Positions 18,649 through 26,860 of a stretch of 64,000 nt of DNA are shown here, piece by piece. This stretch comes from an uncultured virus (IMG/VR IMGVR_UViG_3300031088_000821) (taxonomy: Duplodnaviria > Heunggongvirae > Uroviricota > Caudoviricetes). The notes beneath the pieces are model-generated. The model worked only from the letters and a program-made list of their open reading frames with translations, was not told the DNA's origin and searched no databases. How positions within the stretch are numbered: position 1 is the stretch's first letter; each line of letters opens with the position of its first letter. Location of the stretch: the IMG/VR virus record IMGVR_UViG_3300031088_000821. One strand, written 5' to 3'. The position numbers and the translations under genes were made by a program.

Positions 18649-19320
18649 ATGTCAGCAACTGTAGCCACCGAAGAGCTCTTCTTTGCAAAGGCACTACTCG
18701 GCCGCATGGGTAGGCGATGGAAGATCGACGGAGAAGATCAAGAATCGGACACATGCACTGTGGAGGAGGCCGCGCTGGCGGCCCTGAATGGGAATGGCAG
18801 CTTCACTGGAGAGCTCGCCGACGCCATCGGCAAACTAGCATCCAGTGATCTAGGCCAGCGCTACTATGAGCTGGGCCAAAAGTCGCTACCATGGCCTTCG
18901 GAGACCGCGCTAGAAGCTGCAGACAGCTACCTCCAAGGCATCCCCAACCGGCTCTATTCAGCTCTCTACCTCCTGGCGCTCTCATCGGATGATCCCCTGG
19001 GGGAACCCAAGGAGAAACTAAGCGGCACCGATCTCCGCCACTTCACCACAAAGTCTGCTTTCACTGAAAACGGCTATTCCTATAGGAGGGAAACTGTGGA
19101 GATCTTCTTCCACACTTTTATTTCAGTGATTACGAAATCAGTGGTGATCTGGAGAACCACCGTCCCTAAGCCCTTCATTGAAGATAGGGTCTATACCCTC
19201 ACAGCAGGTGCGGTGAAGGACTATAAGCAGCGCATTGTGACCCCCGCGCTCAAGCGGCTAGCGGAGACAAGGATAGTTCGGCCAAAGTTCTTCGATACAG
19301 AAACAGGGGAGCTCTTCTAG
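18649..19320 (+). CDS. Hypothetical protein
   Basis: 223 aa ORF with upstream promoter. Confidence 0.7.
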   Translation: MSATVATEELFFAKALLGRMGRRWKIDGEDQESDTCTVEEAALAALNGNGSFTGELADAIGKLASSDLGQRYYELGQKSLPWPSETALEAADSYLQGIPNRLYSALYLLALSSDDPLGEPKEKLSGTDLRHFTTKSAFTENGYSYRRETVEIFFHTFISVITKSVVIWRTTVPKPFIEDRVYTLTAGAVKDYKQRIVTPALKRLAETRIVRPKFFDTETGELF

Positions 19321-19349
19321 AGCTCATCCACCGAAGGGATATATTAACC

Positions 19350-19667
19350 ATGGAAAACAAAAGCCCTGGAGCACCATTGGACCAAGCAAGGCGCAAAGAG
19401 CTCAGCGAAACAGAATCTCTGCTATTCGCTCTCCGAGAGGTCACGGCCATTCGAGAGCTACTTACGGTAAACCGCATGGAGACGAAGCCCCGCTCCCGCG
19501 CAGATCGGGCGCTTTTGAAGGTCTACAGGAAAGCAACAAAGGCTTCGATCTCGCTAGCTAGCGATCTCGTAGGCCAAGGTGTGGATTCCCTAGAGATCAA
19601 TAGAGCCCTGGAGCAGGGGAAGAGCCGAGCTAAGAAAATACCCAAGGGAAAGGACAGCTATGAGTGA
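19350..19667 (+). CDS. Hypothetical protein
   Basis: 105 aa ORF overlapping the next start. Confidence 0.6.
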   Translation: MENKSPGAPLDQARRKELSETESLLFALREVTAIRELLTVNRMETKPRSRADRALLKVYRKATKASISLASDLVGQGVDSLEINRALEQGKSRAKKIPKGKDSYE

Positions 19668-19920
19668 CGTGCTTGAGCGGGAAAAGGTAGAAGAAGGCAC
19701 TGATATCCGTGAGGATCTCGACGAGAGCCCCCGGTACGGAGAGCCCGGAGACCACGACAGATTCCAGCACTACTTCAAGAAGAAGGACGTGGACGATGCG
19801 ATCTTTACGGGTAAGCCAGCAAAGGCGCTCTGCGGCAAAAAGGACATTCCAACGAGACCCACGAGCGGTCTAACCGTTTGCCCCACCTGCAGAGAGAACT
19901 ACGAAAAGCTCCGCGACTGA
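19660..19920 (+). CDS. DUF3039 family protein
   Basis: GDHDRFQHY..ALCGK..VCPTCRENYE, actinobacterial DUF3039 pattern. Confidence 0.85.
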   Translation: MSDVLEREKVEEGTDIREDLDESPRYGEPGDHDRFQHYFKKKDVDDAIFTGKPAKALCGKKDIPTRPTSGLTVCPTCRENYEKLRD

Positions 19921-19973
19921 GAGTTTTTCTCTGTCCTTGGCGCAGAAAAGACCTCCCGCGTTAGGATGGATTC

Positions 19974-20432
19974 ATGACTACACATGTACTTCGAGAGCGA
20001 GATTGGGTTGTGGAACACCTCAACATCGCTCCAGCCACGCTAGATTCCCTCGTGGGTGATCGGCTCATCATAGAGCTGTCCCAGGATGGTGAGAGGGTTT
20101 ACCCCCAAGTTCAGTTCTCCGAAGACGGCTTGGACGCGGTCTTTCTAGCAGCTTTGGGCAGCTTCAAAAAGACCAGCTTCACGGGCGACGAGATTTGGAG
20201 CTTCCTTGGAATCCCGATGCCCACAGAGGATCCACAGGGAGGCGAGTCTATTCTAGACTATCTCACGCGGACCAGAGACTTCCAGCGGGTGGGCTTTGCC
20301 CTTTCCTACCTCATCGACCTCCACTGGCTCTCCGATGCCTCAACAGCACGGACGGATTGGGGAACACCTGAAGATCCTAGCCGTGACTTCTCTTACAAAC
20401 CCCAGCGGCGAGGTGGCAACCATGGCTCCTAG
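19974..20432 (+). CDS. Putative DNA-binding protein (Rv2175c-like)
   Basis: N-terminal HTH-like segment followed by ERVYPQVQF; TAGGAT 6 nt upstream. Confidence 0.5.
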   Translation: MTTHVLRERDWVVEHLNIAPATLDSLVGDRLIIELSQDGERVYPQVQFSEDGLDAVFLAALGSFKKTSFTGDEIWSFLGIPMPTEDPQGGESILDYLTRTRDFQRVGFALSYLIDLHWLSDASTARTDWGTPEDPSRDFSYKPQRRGGNHGS

Positions 20433-20748
20433 CGCAGACGGGGATCTCGCAGACGAGTTCGCCTACACGATCCTTTCCTACGAGAGCATGGCGGAAGTGA
20501 TCTCATCCCGCAGGGAATGCCCAGAGCTCAGGGGCTACTACTACCACGGCCCCTTCGAGGATGACGTGGACCTCATCATTGGCCCCGACTACAGCTTCCT
20601 TCTCTGCGACCCCACCTTGGGGGAAGCCACCAACAAATCTGCCTACATATGTGGATTCAGGACCACCATAGAGCAAGTCAAGAAAATGGGGCTTAGCTCT
20701 GTCGAGGACAGCCAATGGACTGGCGAAAACTTTTGGAAAAGGAGCTAA
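20422..20748 (+). CDS. Hypothetical protein
   Basis: ATG 20422 with GAGGT SD, overlapping the previous gene's end. Confidence 0.55.
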   Translation: MAPSADGDLADEFAYTILSYESMAEVISSRRECPELRGYYYHGPFEDDVDLIIGPDYSFLLCDPTLGEATNKSAYICGFRTTIEQVKKMGLSSVEDSQWTGENFWKRS

Positions 20749-20752
20749 TAGC

Positions 20753-21979
20753 ATGGCGAAAAAGACCAAGGAAGAGATTAGGGCCAAGTGGCAAAAGCTG
20801 GGAGAGATCTACGAAGAGCGGGAAGCCCACTCTATAGCGCTGGAAACAGCCTACGATAAGCTGGTGGCTAAGATCCGCCGGAGCGAGCCCGAAAAGGTGG
20901 CGGCAGCTCCCGAAGATCAGACTTTCGGCAAGCTGGCGGAACTCTGGGAAGAGATCCGAGTAGCCCACAACGAAGAGCGCAGCGCCCAGCAGGATCGGGA
21001 TATCTACGCCAAGAAGGCTGTGGAGCGGGGCGCGGTCTCCGAATCCGAACTACCCAAGGTGGACATCTTCAACACCCGTGGCGTTCACAGCCAGGAAAAG
21101 CACGGCATTTCAAGGACGCTCTATAACCCTGACATCGAAGCGGGGGATGGCTTCACTGCCCACACCCGAGAGCTCCTCGAAGGGGAGCTAGCTGCCTGGG
21201 CAGACATCAGCCCCAGCGAAGCCCGAGAGCTCTTCGTGGAGCAGGCCGGCGAAGACGTGCTAGAGCTCAGCTTCGATGAAAGGGCTGTTGGTCTCTTCCA
21301 GCAGCACGGCGCACAGTGGAAGAAGGACCGGGTCTTCCTGGACCTCGAAACCACAGCCCTGGACCCCTACCTCGGCGAAATCATCGAAGTGGGAATCGTC
21401 CGAGTGGATCCATCTGGAAAGATCGTTCAGAAGTTCGAAGAGCGCTTCGACATTGAGCGGGAAGATGCCCGCAATATTCTAGGTGTGGGCGCTTCGGAGC
21501 TCCACAGGATCTGGCCCGAGGATCTCGAAGGCAAGAGAAAGTTCTCTGACCCGGAAGTTCAGAAAGAACTGGGCGCTATCCTCAATGCCGATGACATCGT
21601 TCTGGTGGCCCACCACGCGGCCTTCGAGCACTCATTCCTCGCTCAGCATCTCGATGGATACCACGCGGCCCACATCCGCGAATCCGGCGAAAGTCTCCGG
21701 CGGCGCAGAAAGACCTTTGAACATGGCACTCCCAGGATTCTCACCACGGACACGCGAGTGCTCTGCACCTATCTCACCAGGAGCCCCAACAACAAGCTAG
21801 AGGTCTTCTCCACTGCCAACGGCGTCTCCAAGGATGAGTACGAGAAAACCGCCCACGGCGCCTATGCGGATGCTGACATGACCCGCAGGACCCTATGGAA
21901 TTTCCGGGAAACGATGCAGAAAATGCCCCGCGGAAATCGCCAGGTCATCGAAGGCTACAAGCCCAATCGGCGCTGGTGA
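20753..21979 (+). CDS. DEDDh 3'-5' exonuclease (DnaQ-like) with long N-terminal extension
   Basis: FLDLETT..EIIEVG, VAHHAAFE, AHGAYADA. Confidence 0.85.
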   Translation: MAKKTKEEIRAKWQKLGEIYEEREAHSIALETAYDKLVAKIRRSEPEKVAAAPEDQTFGKLAELWEEIRVAHNEERSAQQDRDIYAKKAVERGAVSESELPKVDIFNTRGVHSQEKHGISRTLYNPDIEAGDGFTAHTRELLEGELAAWADISPSEARELFVEQAGEDVLELSFDERAVGLFQQHGAQWKKDRVFLDLETTALDPYLGEIIEVGIVRVDPSGKIVQKFEERFDIEREDARNILGVGASELHRIWPEDLEGKRKFSDPEVQKELGAILNADDIVLVAHHAAFEHSFLAQHLDGYHAAHIRESGESLRRRRKTFEHGTPRILTTDTRVLCTYLTRSPNNKLEVFSTANGVSKDEYEKTAHGAYADADMTRRTLWNFRETMQKMPRGNRQVIEGYKPNRRW

Positions 21980-21988
21980 ATCTGACAG

Positions 21989-22017
21989 TTGATTGTGGCT
22001 TTTCTATGGTGTAAAAT
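21989..22017 (+). promoter_or_regulatory. Sigma70-type promoter TTGATT-17-TAAAAT, leaderless
   Basis: -10 ends 6 nt before ATG 22024. Confidence 0.7.
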
Positions 22018-22023
22018 GGAGCC

Positions 22024-22236
22024 ATGGAAACATCCGAAGAGCTTATCCGCTGTAGCCGCTGCCGACGGCTTCGCCGGGCTAAGTTCCTCCTCCAAAGGAA
22101 GAACTACTCTGGCAAGATCGTCTGGCGCTGCCGCAAGCGCTCCGTTTGCCACTCCATCGCCAAGCGAATCAACCCCGACTATAGGCGTTCGGTTCAGGCC
22201 CACGGAAAAAGGGCGGCCAAGGGCACCGAAAAGTAG
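22024..22236 (+). CDS. Small basic Cys-rich (zinc-binding-like) protein
   Basis: CSRC..WRC-x5-C; supported by the leaderless promoter. Confidence 0.55.
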   Translation: METSEELIRCSRCRRLRRAKFLLQRKNYSGKIVWRCRKRSVCHSIAKRINPDYRRSVQAHGKRAAKGTEK

Positions 22237-22286
22237 TTTCCTTCGTTAGGGTGGCTTTCCCAAGAAAAATCTAGGAGAGCCACCCC

Positions 22287-23081
22287 ATGGAACTAAATGC
22301 CGAGCTACTACAGCGATCATATGGCTTGGAGCCCGACCTCATCAGCGCAGCCCAAGAGAGCTTTAGCCAGCTGAAGGCAATCGCCATAGGATTCTCTGGG
22401 AAGATCTGTTCAGGTAAAGATTCCGTGGCCCAATCCACCTTTGAAGATTTCTTGCCCTTCTCCGAGGTGGAAAGAGACTCCTTTGGTGCAGATCTCAAGG
22501 AAGAGCTAAACCAGCTCATCCGGTTTTGCGCCAGAACTATCCACTCTAAAAGCACAGTTGAGCTCTTGGCCTTCTCCCATGAAATGCAGGCCTCCCCGGA
22601 GGCCATTGCCCACACTTTGAGCTTCATCGAAGCCGAAGTGGCCCAAGGTTCGCTTCGAAGAGCTTCCGACAGAACTGCTGGCTCCCGGCGGGCCCTCCAG
22701 CATTGGGGCACCCAGGTGAGGCGAGCTCAAGATCCCAACTACTGGGTGAAGAATCCTCTAGCTCGCACCCTCGAAAGGGCCGCACGGGGAGTCTCCAGTT
22801 GCTTCACTGACACGAGATTTGTCTCCGAAGCTGAAAGTATTCTCGCCATTGGTGCGCCACTGATCCGCTTGGATGTTAGCCCCGAGGAGCAGAGCCGCAG
22901 GCTCGCAGCCAGGGATGGACTTCAGCTCTCCGAAGATAGCCGCAATCACCAATCGGAAACCGAGTTGGACGACTATGAGCGCTTCAGTTTCCGCATTGAC
23001 ACGGATGGCTATGCCACACCCCAACAGGTGGCCCGAGAAATCGCCCACAGAGTCGCCGCAGAAGTTTCGGTGCTCTTCTGA
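22287..23081 (+). CDS. Deoxynucleoside monophosphate kinase (phage-type)
   Basis: GFSGKICSGKDS, RRALQHWGTQVRR..DPNYWV, DTRFVSEA, HQSETELD. Confidence 0.82.
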   Translation: MELNAELLQRSYGLEPDLISAAQESFSQLKAIAIGFSGKICSGKDSVAQSTFEDFLPFSEVERDSFGADLKEELNQLIRFCARTIHSKSTVELLAFSHEMQASPEAIAHTLSFIEAEVAQGSLRRASDRTAGSRRALQHWGTQVRRAQDPNYWVKNPLARTLERAARGVSSCFTDTRFVSEAESILAIGAPLIRLDVSPEEQSRRLAARDGLQLSEDSRNHQSETELDDYERFSFRIDTDGYATPQQVAREIAHRVAAEVSVLF

Positions 23082-23254
23082 GGAAACGGCTCTCCCGGGG
23101 TTTTCCTAGAGCAGGGAAATGCAATCCCAGCGCCGTCGCTAGAGCGGCCCATATAGCACGTCTCTAGATCGACTCCCGGCCCTAAAAAGCTAACGTTGGT
23201 CGCTAGAGGTTCGCTTCGATGAACGATGCGCAAGTTGGCATTTTTCACCAAAAG

Positions 23255-23283
23255 TTGACCCTCTTTCCTTCGTGGTGTAGCAT
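23255..23283 (+). promoter_or_regulatory. Sigma70-type promoter TTGACC-17-TAGCAT, leaderless
   Basis: -10 ends 6 nt before ATG 23290. Confidence 0.7.
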
Positions 23284-23289
23284 AGAACC

Positions 23290-23901
23290 ATGAACGCTAA
23301 AAGAGCAGAGGACTATCTCTCGGAGACCAGCATCTTCGTGACCCCTGTGGGTAGCAGACTCTATGGCCTCGCCAATGAGCATTCCGACTACGATTTTCTC
23401 TCCGTGGAGCTCTCTCCGAGCGGACGAAAGCTCTCCAAGCAGACTCTCAGCGGGGATTCCGATCTCCGAAGGGTTGATTTTCGGACCTTCTGGCAGGCCA
23501 TCCATGTAAAGCCTGGCAATCTCTACCTCGAAGCACTCTATTCCCGGCAAAAGGTCCAGGGAGCCCACTGGAGAGAGTTTCGCGATCTCTTCGAAGGCTT
23601 TCGGCCCTCGGCTAATCTCGTGCGTCAGACCTTTCACAAGACGGCTGCGGGCACCCTCTATGAGGATGTCTACAAGCGAACTCGCCTGGGATTCTATTTG
23701 GCCTCCCGTTGGAATGCCCTCTACTGGTCTGGTGGCGAAAGCTACGATCCCACGCTCACAGGGGAGGAAAGGGAAGCTGTTGAGAGCCTAGCCCAAGAGG
23801 CAACGGCTCTAGGCTCCATGGAGGAGCGCCGGGAGTTCTTGGATAGCCACTTTTTCCTGGCCCGACAGCTCGCCCGAGAAAGCTACAATCTCACCATCTG
23901 A
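23290..23901 (+). CDS. Pol-beta-superfamily nucleotidyltransferase (RlaP/Nuc-transf-like)
   Basis: VGSRLYGLANEHSDYD..N..LEALYS. Confidence 0.78.
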   Translation: MNAKRAEDYLSETSIFVTPVGSRLYGLANEHSDYDFLSVELSPSGRKLSKQTLSGDSDLRRVDFRTFWQAIHVKPGNLYLEALYSRQKVQGAHWREFRDLFEGFRPSANLVRQTFHKTAAGTLYEDVYKRTRLGFYLASRWNALYWSGGESYDPTLTGEEREAVESLAQEATALGSMEERREFLDSHFFLARQLARESYNLTI

Positions 23902-23967
23902 TGGCGCGAGAGCTAAAGCCCAAAAAGCGATATGGGAGTCGCCACTTCTCACCCATGGAGGCAAACT

Positions 23968-24642
23968 TTGCGACTATTGAGCTATAATCTTGAGAAACAC
24001 AGAGCCGCCAATGAGCTGCTCGACCTCGAACGGGCTGCCAGCCCCTCCATCATTTGCCTCCAGGAAGCTCGAACCGATGAGCTTCCCCCGAAGCTGGGTA
24101 GCTTAGAACTTTTTGCCGCAACCGAGAACAACCGGCTAGGACTAGCCATCTACGGCAATCGAGAGCTCTACGAGGTGAAATCCACTCTAGCGCGCGGCTT
24201 CAAGAAAACACTCCATGATCGGATAGCCATGCCCGCCTTCGAAAGGCTGCTTGGAGTAGACCTCCAGGAGAGAGCCAGTGGCCGATCTTTTGCGGTTGCA
24301 TCTTTCCACGCTTCCCCTCTGACCTCCTCCAACAAGCACCGACGGCTAGAAATCATGGAAGGGCTCTCCACCCTCGATGAGCTCTCGGGGAATTCTGCCC
24401 TGCTCATGGCGGGCGACTACAACTACCCGATCTTCCAGGCCCGGCTCAACAAAACCCTGGAAGCAGCTGGCTACAAAGCTCACTTCAGCGATCTACGGAC
24501 CTACCAGAAGAGCATCTTTAGGGGCCATTTCGATTTTCTCACCTCCAAGGGCTGTGAAATCGATTGGGTGCGCACTCTGCCCCGGGGAAGATCCGATCAC
24601 AAGCCCATTCTCATGGAAACTCAACTTGCGATGGCTGTTTAG
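23968..24642 (+). CDS. Endonuclease/exonuclease/phosphatase (EEP) family protein
   Basis: LLSYN, CLQE, SFH, GDYN, HFD, SDHKP; TTG 23968 has GGAGG SD (ATG 23932 is the alternative). Confidence 0.88.
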   Translation: MRLLSYNLEKHRAANELLDLERAASPSIICLQEARTDELPPKLGSLELFAATENNRLGLAIYGNRELYEVKSTLARGFKKTLHDRIAMPAFERLLGVDLQERASGRSFAVASFHASPLTSSNKHRRLEIMEGLSTLDELSGNSALLMAGDYNYPIFQARLNKTLEAAGYKAHFSDLRTYQKSIFRGHFDFLTSKGCEIDWVRTLPRGRSDHKPILMETQLAMAV

Positions 24643-24767
24643 CGTTTTAGAGAAGTTGCTGACCAAGAGCCACTAAAATGATCCACCGCGGGATCTATAA
24701 ATCTATAAGACCCACACTATTTTAGGTGTTAGGATGGCGCCGTCAAATGTCCGAAGGGATTAGCTAA

Positions 24768-25025
24768 ATGGGCCGCTACGATGGACTCTCCAAGACAGAG
24801 CTCCGAACGATCAAGAGCCAGAAGGAACAGATTCTAGCCCAGTCAAGGGATAGGAGCTCCGAAATCCGAACTATGGCCCTAGAAGGTGCCTGTGAGATCA
24901 GCGCCGCTGGAGAAGCGCTTCGCTCGGAGCAGACCACTCAAACTGGGCTCATCGAAATCATCCAAGCCATCGATACCGTACTTTCTTCGAAGAGGAAGAA
25001 AAAGGGGAAGCTGAAAACACCATGA
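24768..25025 (+). CDS. Hypothetical protein
   Basis: 85 aa ORF with GTTAGGAT upstream. Confidence 0.55.
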   Translation: MGRYDGLSKTELRTIKSQKEQILAQSRDRSSEIRTMALEGACEISAAGEALRSEQTTQTGLIEIIQAIDTVLSSKRKKKGKLKTP

Positions 25026-25246
25026 GCACAGCAATAGATAACCGAGACCTCTATGTGGCTCAAGATCTCGATGGAATAATCACCTGCAGCAGCTGCTCCC
25101 TGGGTGAAGGCGAAGGGGAAATGGACCAGCCCTCGCCTCGCTTCGAAAATGCTTCCGGCATCATCGGTCATCTCATGAAGCACCTAAGCCTTCGCCATGA
25201 AGTGCCCTTTGAGGCTATGAAAGAATCCTACTGGGACATTAGCTAA
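25022..25246 (+). CDS. Small CxxC/His protein
   Basis: ATGA overlap with the previous gene; CSSC..H..H..H. Confidence 0.55.
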   Translation: MSTAIDNRDLYVAQDLDGIITCSSCSLGEGEGEMDQPSPRFENASGIIGHLMKHLSLRHEVPFEAMKESYWDIS

Positions 25247-25279
25247 TGTTCCGAGTAAAACCTAGAGAAAGATCAGACC

Positions 25280-26149
25280 ATGAGCACAAAGCTCTATGAC
25301 GGCCTAAGGGTGAAGAATCCACAGGTAGAGCTATTCTCCCTTGTGGAGCTTATCGCCGAAGGCGTTCGGACAGTTTTCAACAGAGAAGCTCAGAAGCTCG
25401 TCTCCCAAGAGCTAGCGATGGTCTTCGATTCACCCAAGGAGAGAGAACAGCTTTCAGCTGGCAGCTATTTGCTCTTCCACTGCGAAGATCGCTGGCTAAA
25501 GCACCAAGAAAAGCTGGGTTCCCAGCATACCCTCAACGATCCACTGCGATTCTCCATTGTTTTTGGAAAATCCTTTGAGGGCAATGTTCTTGCCTACCCT
25601 TATCACACAACCAAGGCCTACGGAGAGCTCCTCGAAGGCACGGGGCTCTTTGAGGAGTACGGCTATTGGAATAACACTGATGGTCCCGATGAGCTCACCG
25701 AGGACCAGTGGCGCGCCCGTGGCAAGGAATGGGACTCCATAGCCAACGATGAGGGCACCTTTGGTGATCTACCCATGTGGCAGTTGGGCAACTCCAATAG
25801 GCCTTTCTCACAGGTTTACATCTACGCCAGAGATTTCGACCCCAACCAATTCCTCGACCGCAAGCAGAGATTATCTTCTATCCTCACCAATGAGCTCCTA
25901 GCCATAGGGCAAAAAACCCAACTGCTCTCGGGCGATGCCAGTAACTTCTACAGCGAATATCTCGCAACCAAAAGGGCAGTAAAAGCCCACATGGAAGAGC
26001 TCGGAGAGGATCTAGAGCTGCCACCACTGCTGCCAGCTGATCTGTTCGAGCTCACAGCGAAAGAGCTTCCCGACGCCTACGAGCCATCCGAAAAAATTAT
26101 GAGGGAGCTCTCCAAGAGACTACAAGAAGAGCTGAGCTCAAAGAGCTAA
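25280..26149 (+). CDS. Hypothetical protein
   Basis: 289 aa, MSTKLYDG..EYGYWNNTDGPDE..W..R..EWD conserved-looking motif. Confidence 0.7.
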   Translation: MSTKLYDGLRVKNPQVELFSLVELIAEGVRTVFNREAQKLVSQELAMVFDSPKEREQLSAGSYLLFHCEDRWLKHQEKLGSQHTLNDPLRFSIVFGKSFEGNVLAYPYHTTKAYGELLEGTGLFEEYGYWNNTDGPDELTEDQWRARGKEWDSIANDEGTFGDLPMWQLGNSNRPFSQVYIYARDFDPNQFLDRKQRLSSILTNELLAIGQKTQLLSGDASNFYSEYLATKRAVKAHMEELGEDLELPPLLPADLFELTAKELPDAYEPSEKIMRELSKRLQEELSSKS

Positions 26150-26770
26150 CCAGGGAATTGGATCACGGCCCACTAGGGGAAGAGTTCCCTTGAAGTGGCC
26201 CAGGACCGCCATTTGATCCAAGCCATCTTCATGGATAGGTGCCAAGAGCACGGGCTCACCAGATGAGAACTCCAAAGCACCACCAGTGGCCACATAGATC
26301 TCCGCCTCGATGGTTCCCAGATACTCAACCCAAGCGGTGATCTGTCTGCGCTCATAGTAGGGCAACTCTGTGGCGTCTAGAATAGCTAAATCATCTCTGT
26401 CCACGAACTGACAGCGAACAATTGCTTCACCAGCACCGAGAATGGGACTTGCTGGTATGGCGCCGTAGGGCGATCTGAAACGAGCGTAACCCACCTCAGA
26501 TGGAATCGTCGCCATTAGAGTGAGAATCTCAAAGCTCTTACCGAGGAACTTGTGGCGCAGCTGTGAAGGTGAACTGTTGGAACCTAGGGCAATGAGAGGA
26601 ACTTTGCCCTCCACCAACCTCTCCACGATGGCGCTATCAACGGCGCTTATCGCGTGGGAAGAGATCAACGCGGACGTGGGCCACCAAGTTCCGGGATAGG
26701 TCTGGGGATTGATTCGAGGTGCTGCTTCTGCCGAAAAGGGATCTAAACTCATGATTCCATCTATCGTCAT
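26138..26770 (-). CDS. Hypothetical protein, possibly gamma-glutamylcyclotransferase-like fold
   Basis: IALGSNSSPSQL and LDATE..Y motifs; one of two minus-strand genes. Confidence 0.5.
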   Translation of the reverse strand: MTIDGIMSLDPFSAEAAPRINPQTYPGTWWPTSALISSHAISAVDSAIVERLVEGKVPLIALGSNSSPSQLRHKFLGKSFEILTLMATIPSEVGYARFRSPYGAIPASPILGAGEAIVRCQFVDRDDLAILDATELPYYERRQITAWVEYLGTIEAEIYVATGGALEFSSGEPVLLAPIHEDGLDQMAVLGHFKGTLPLVGRDPIPWLAL

Positions 26771-26860
26771 CTCTGATAGCAGAATAGCGCCAGTTCTTCC
26801 CTAAGTGCTGGATCTTCGTTAGGATGTATAAATCTAAGGAAAGGCTTTACAGGAGATTTC

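Noticed and set aside
22024..25246. Small Cys/His proteins (22024, 25022) as further HCCH-module members
   Set aside because: Ligand order and spacing (CxxC) differ and they lack the [YF]H-x4-G start and the upstream TTAGAA.
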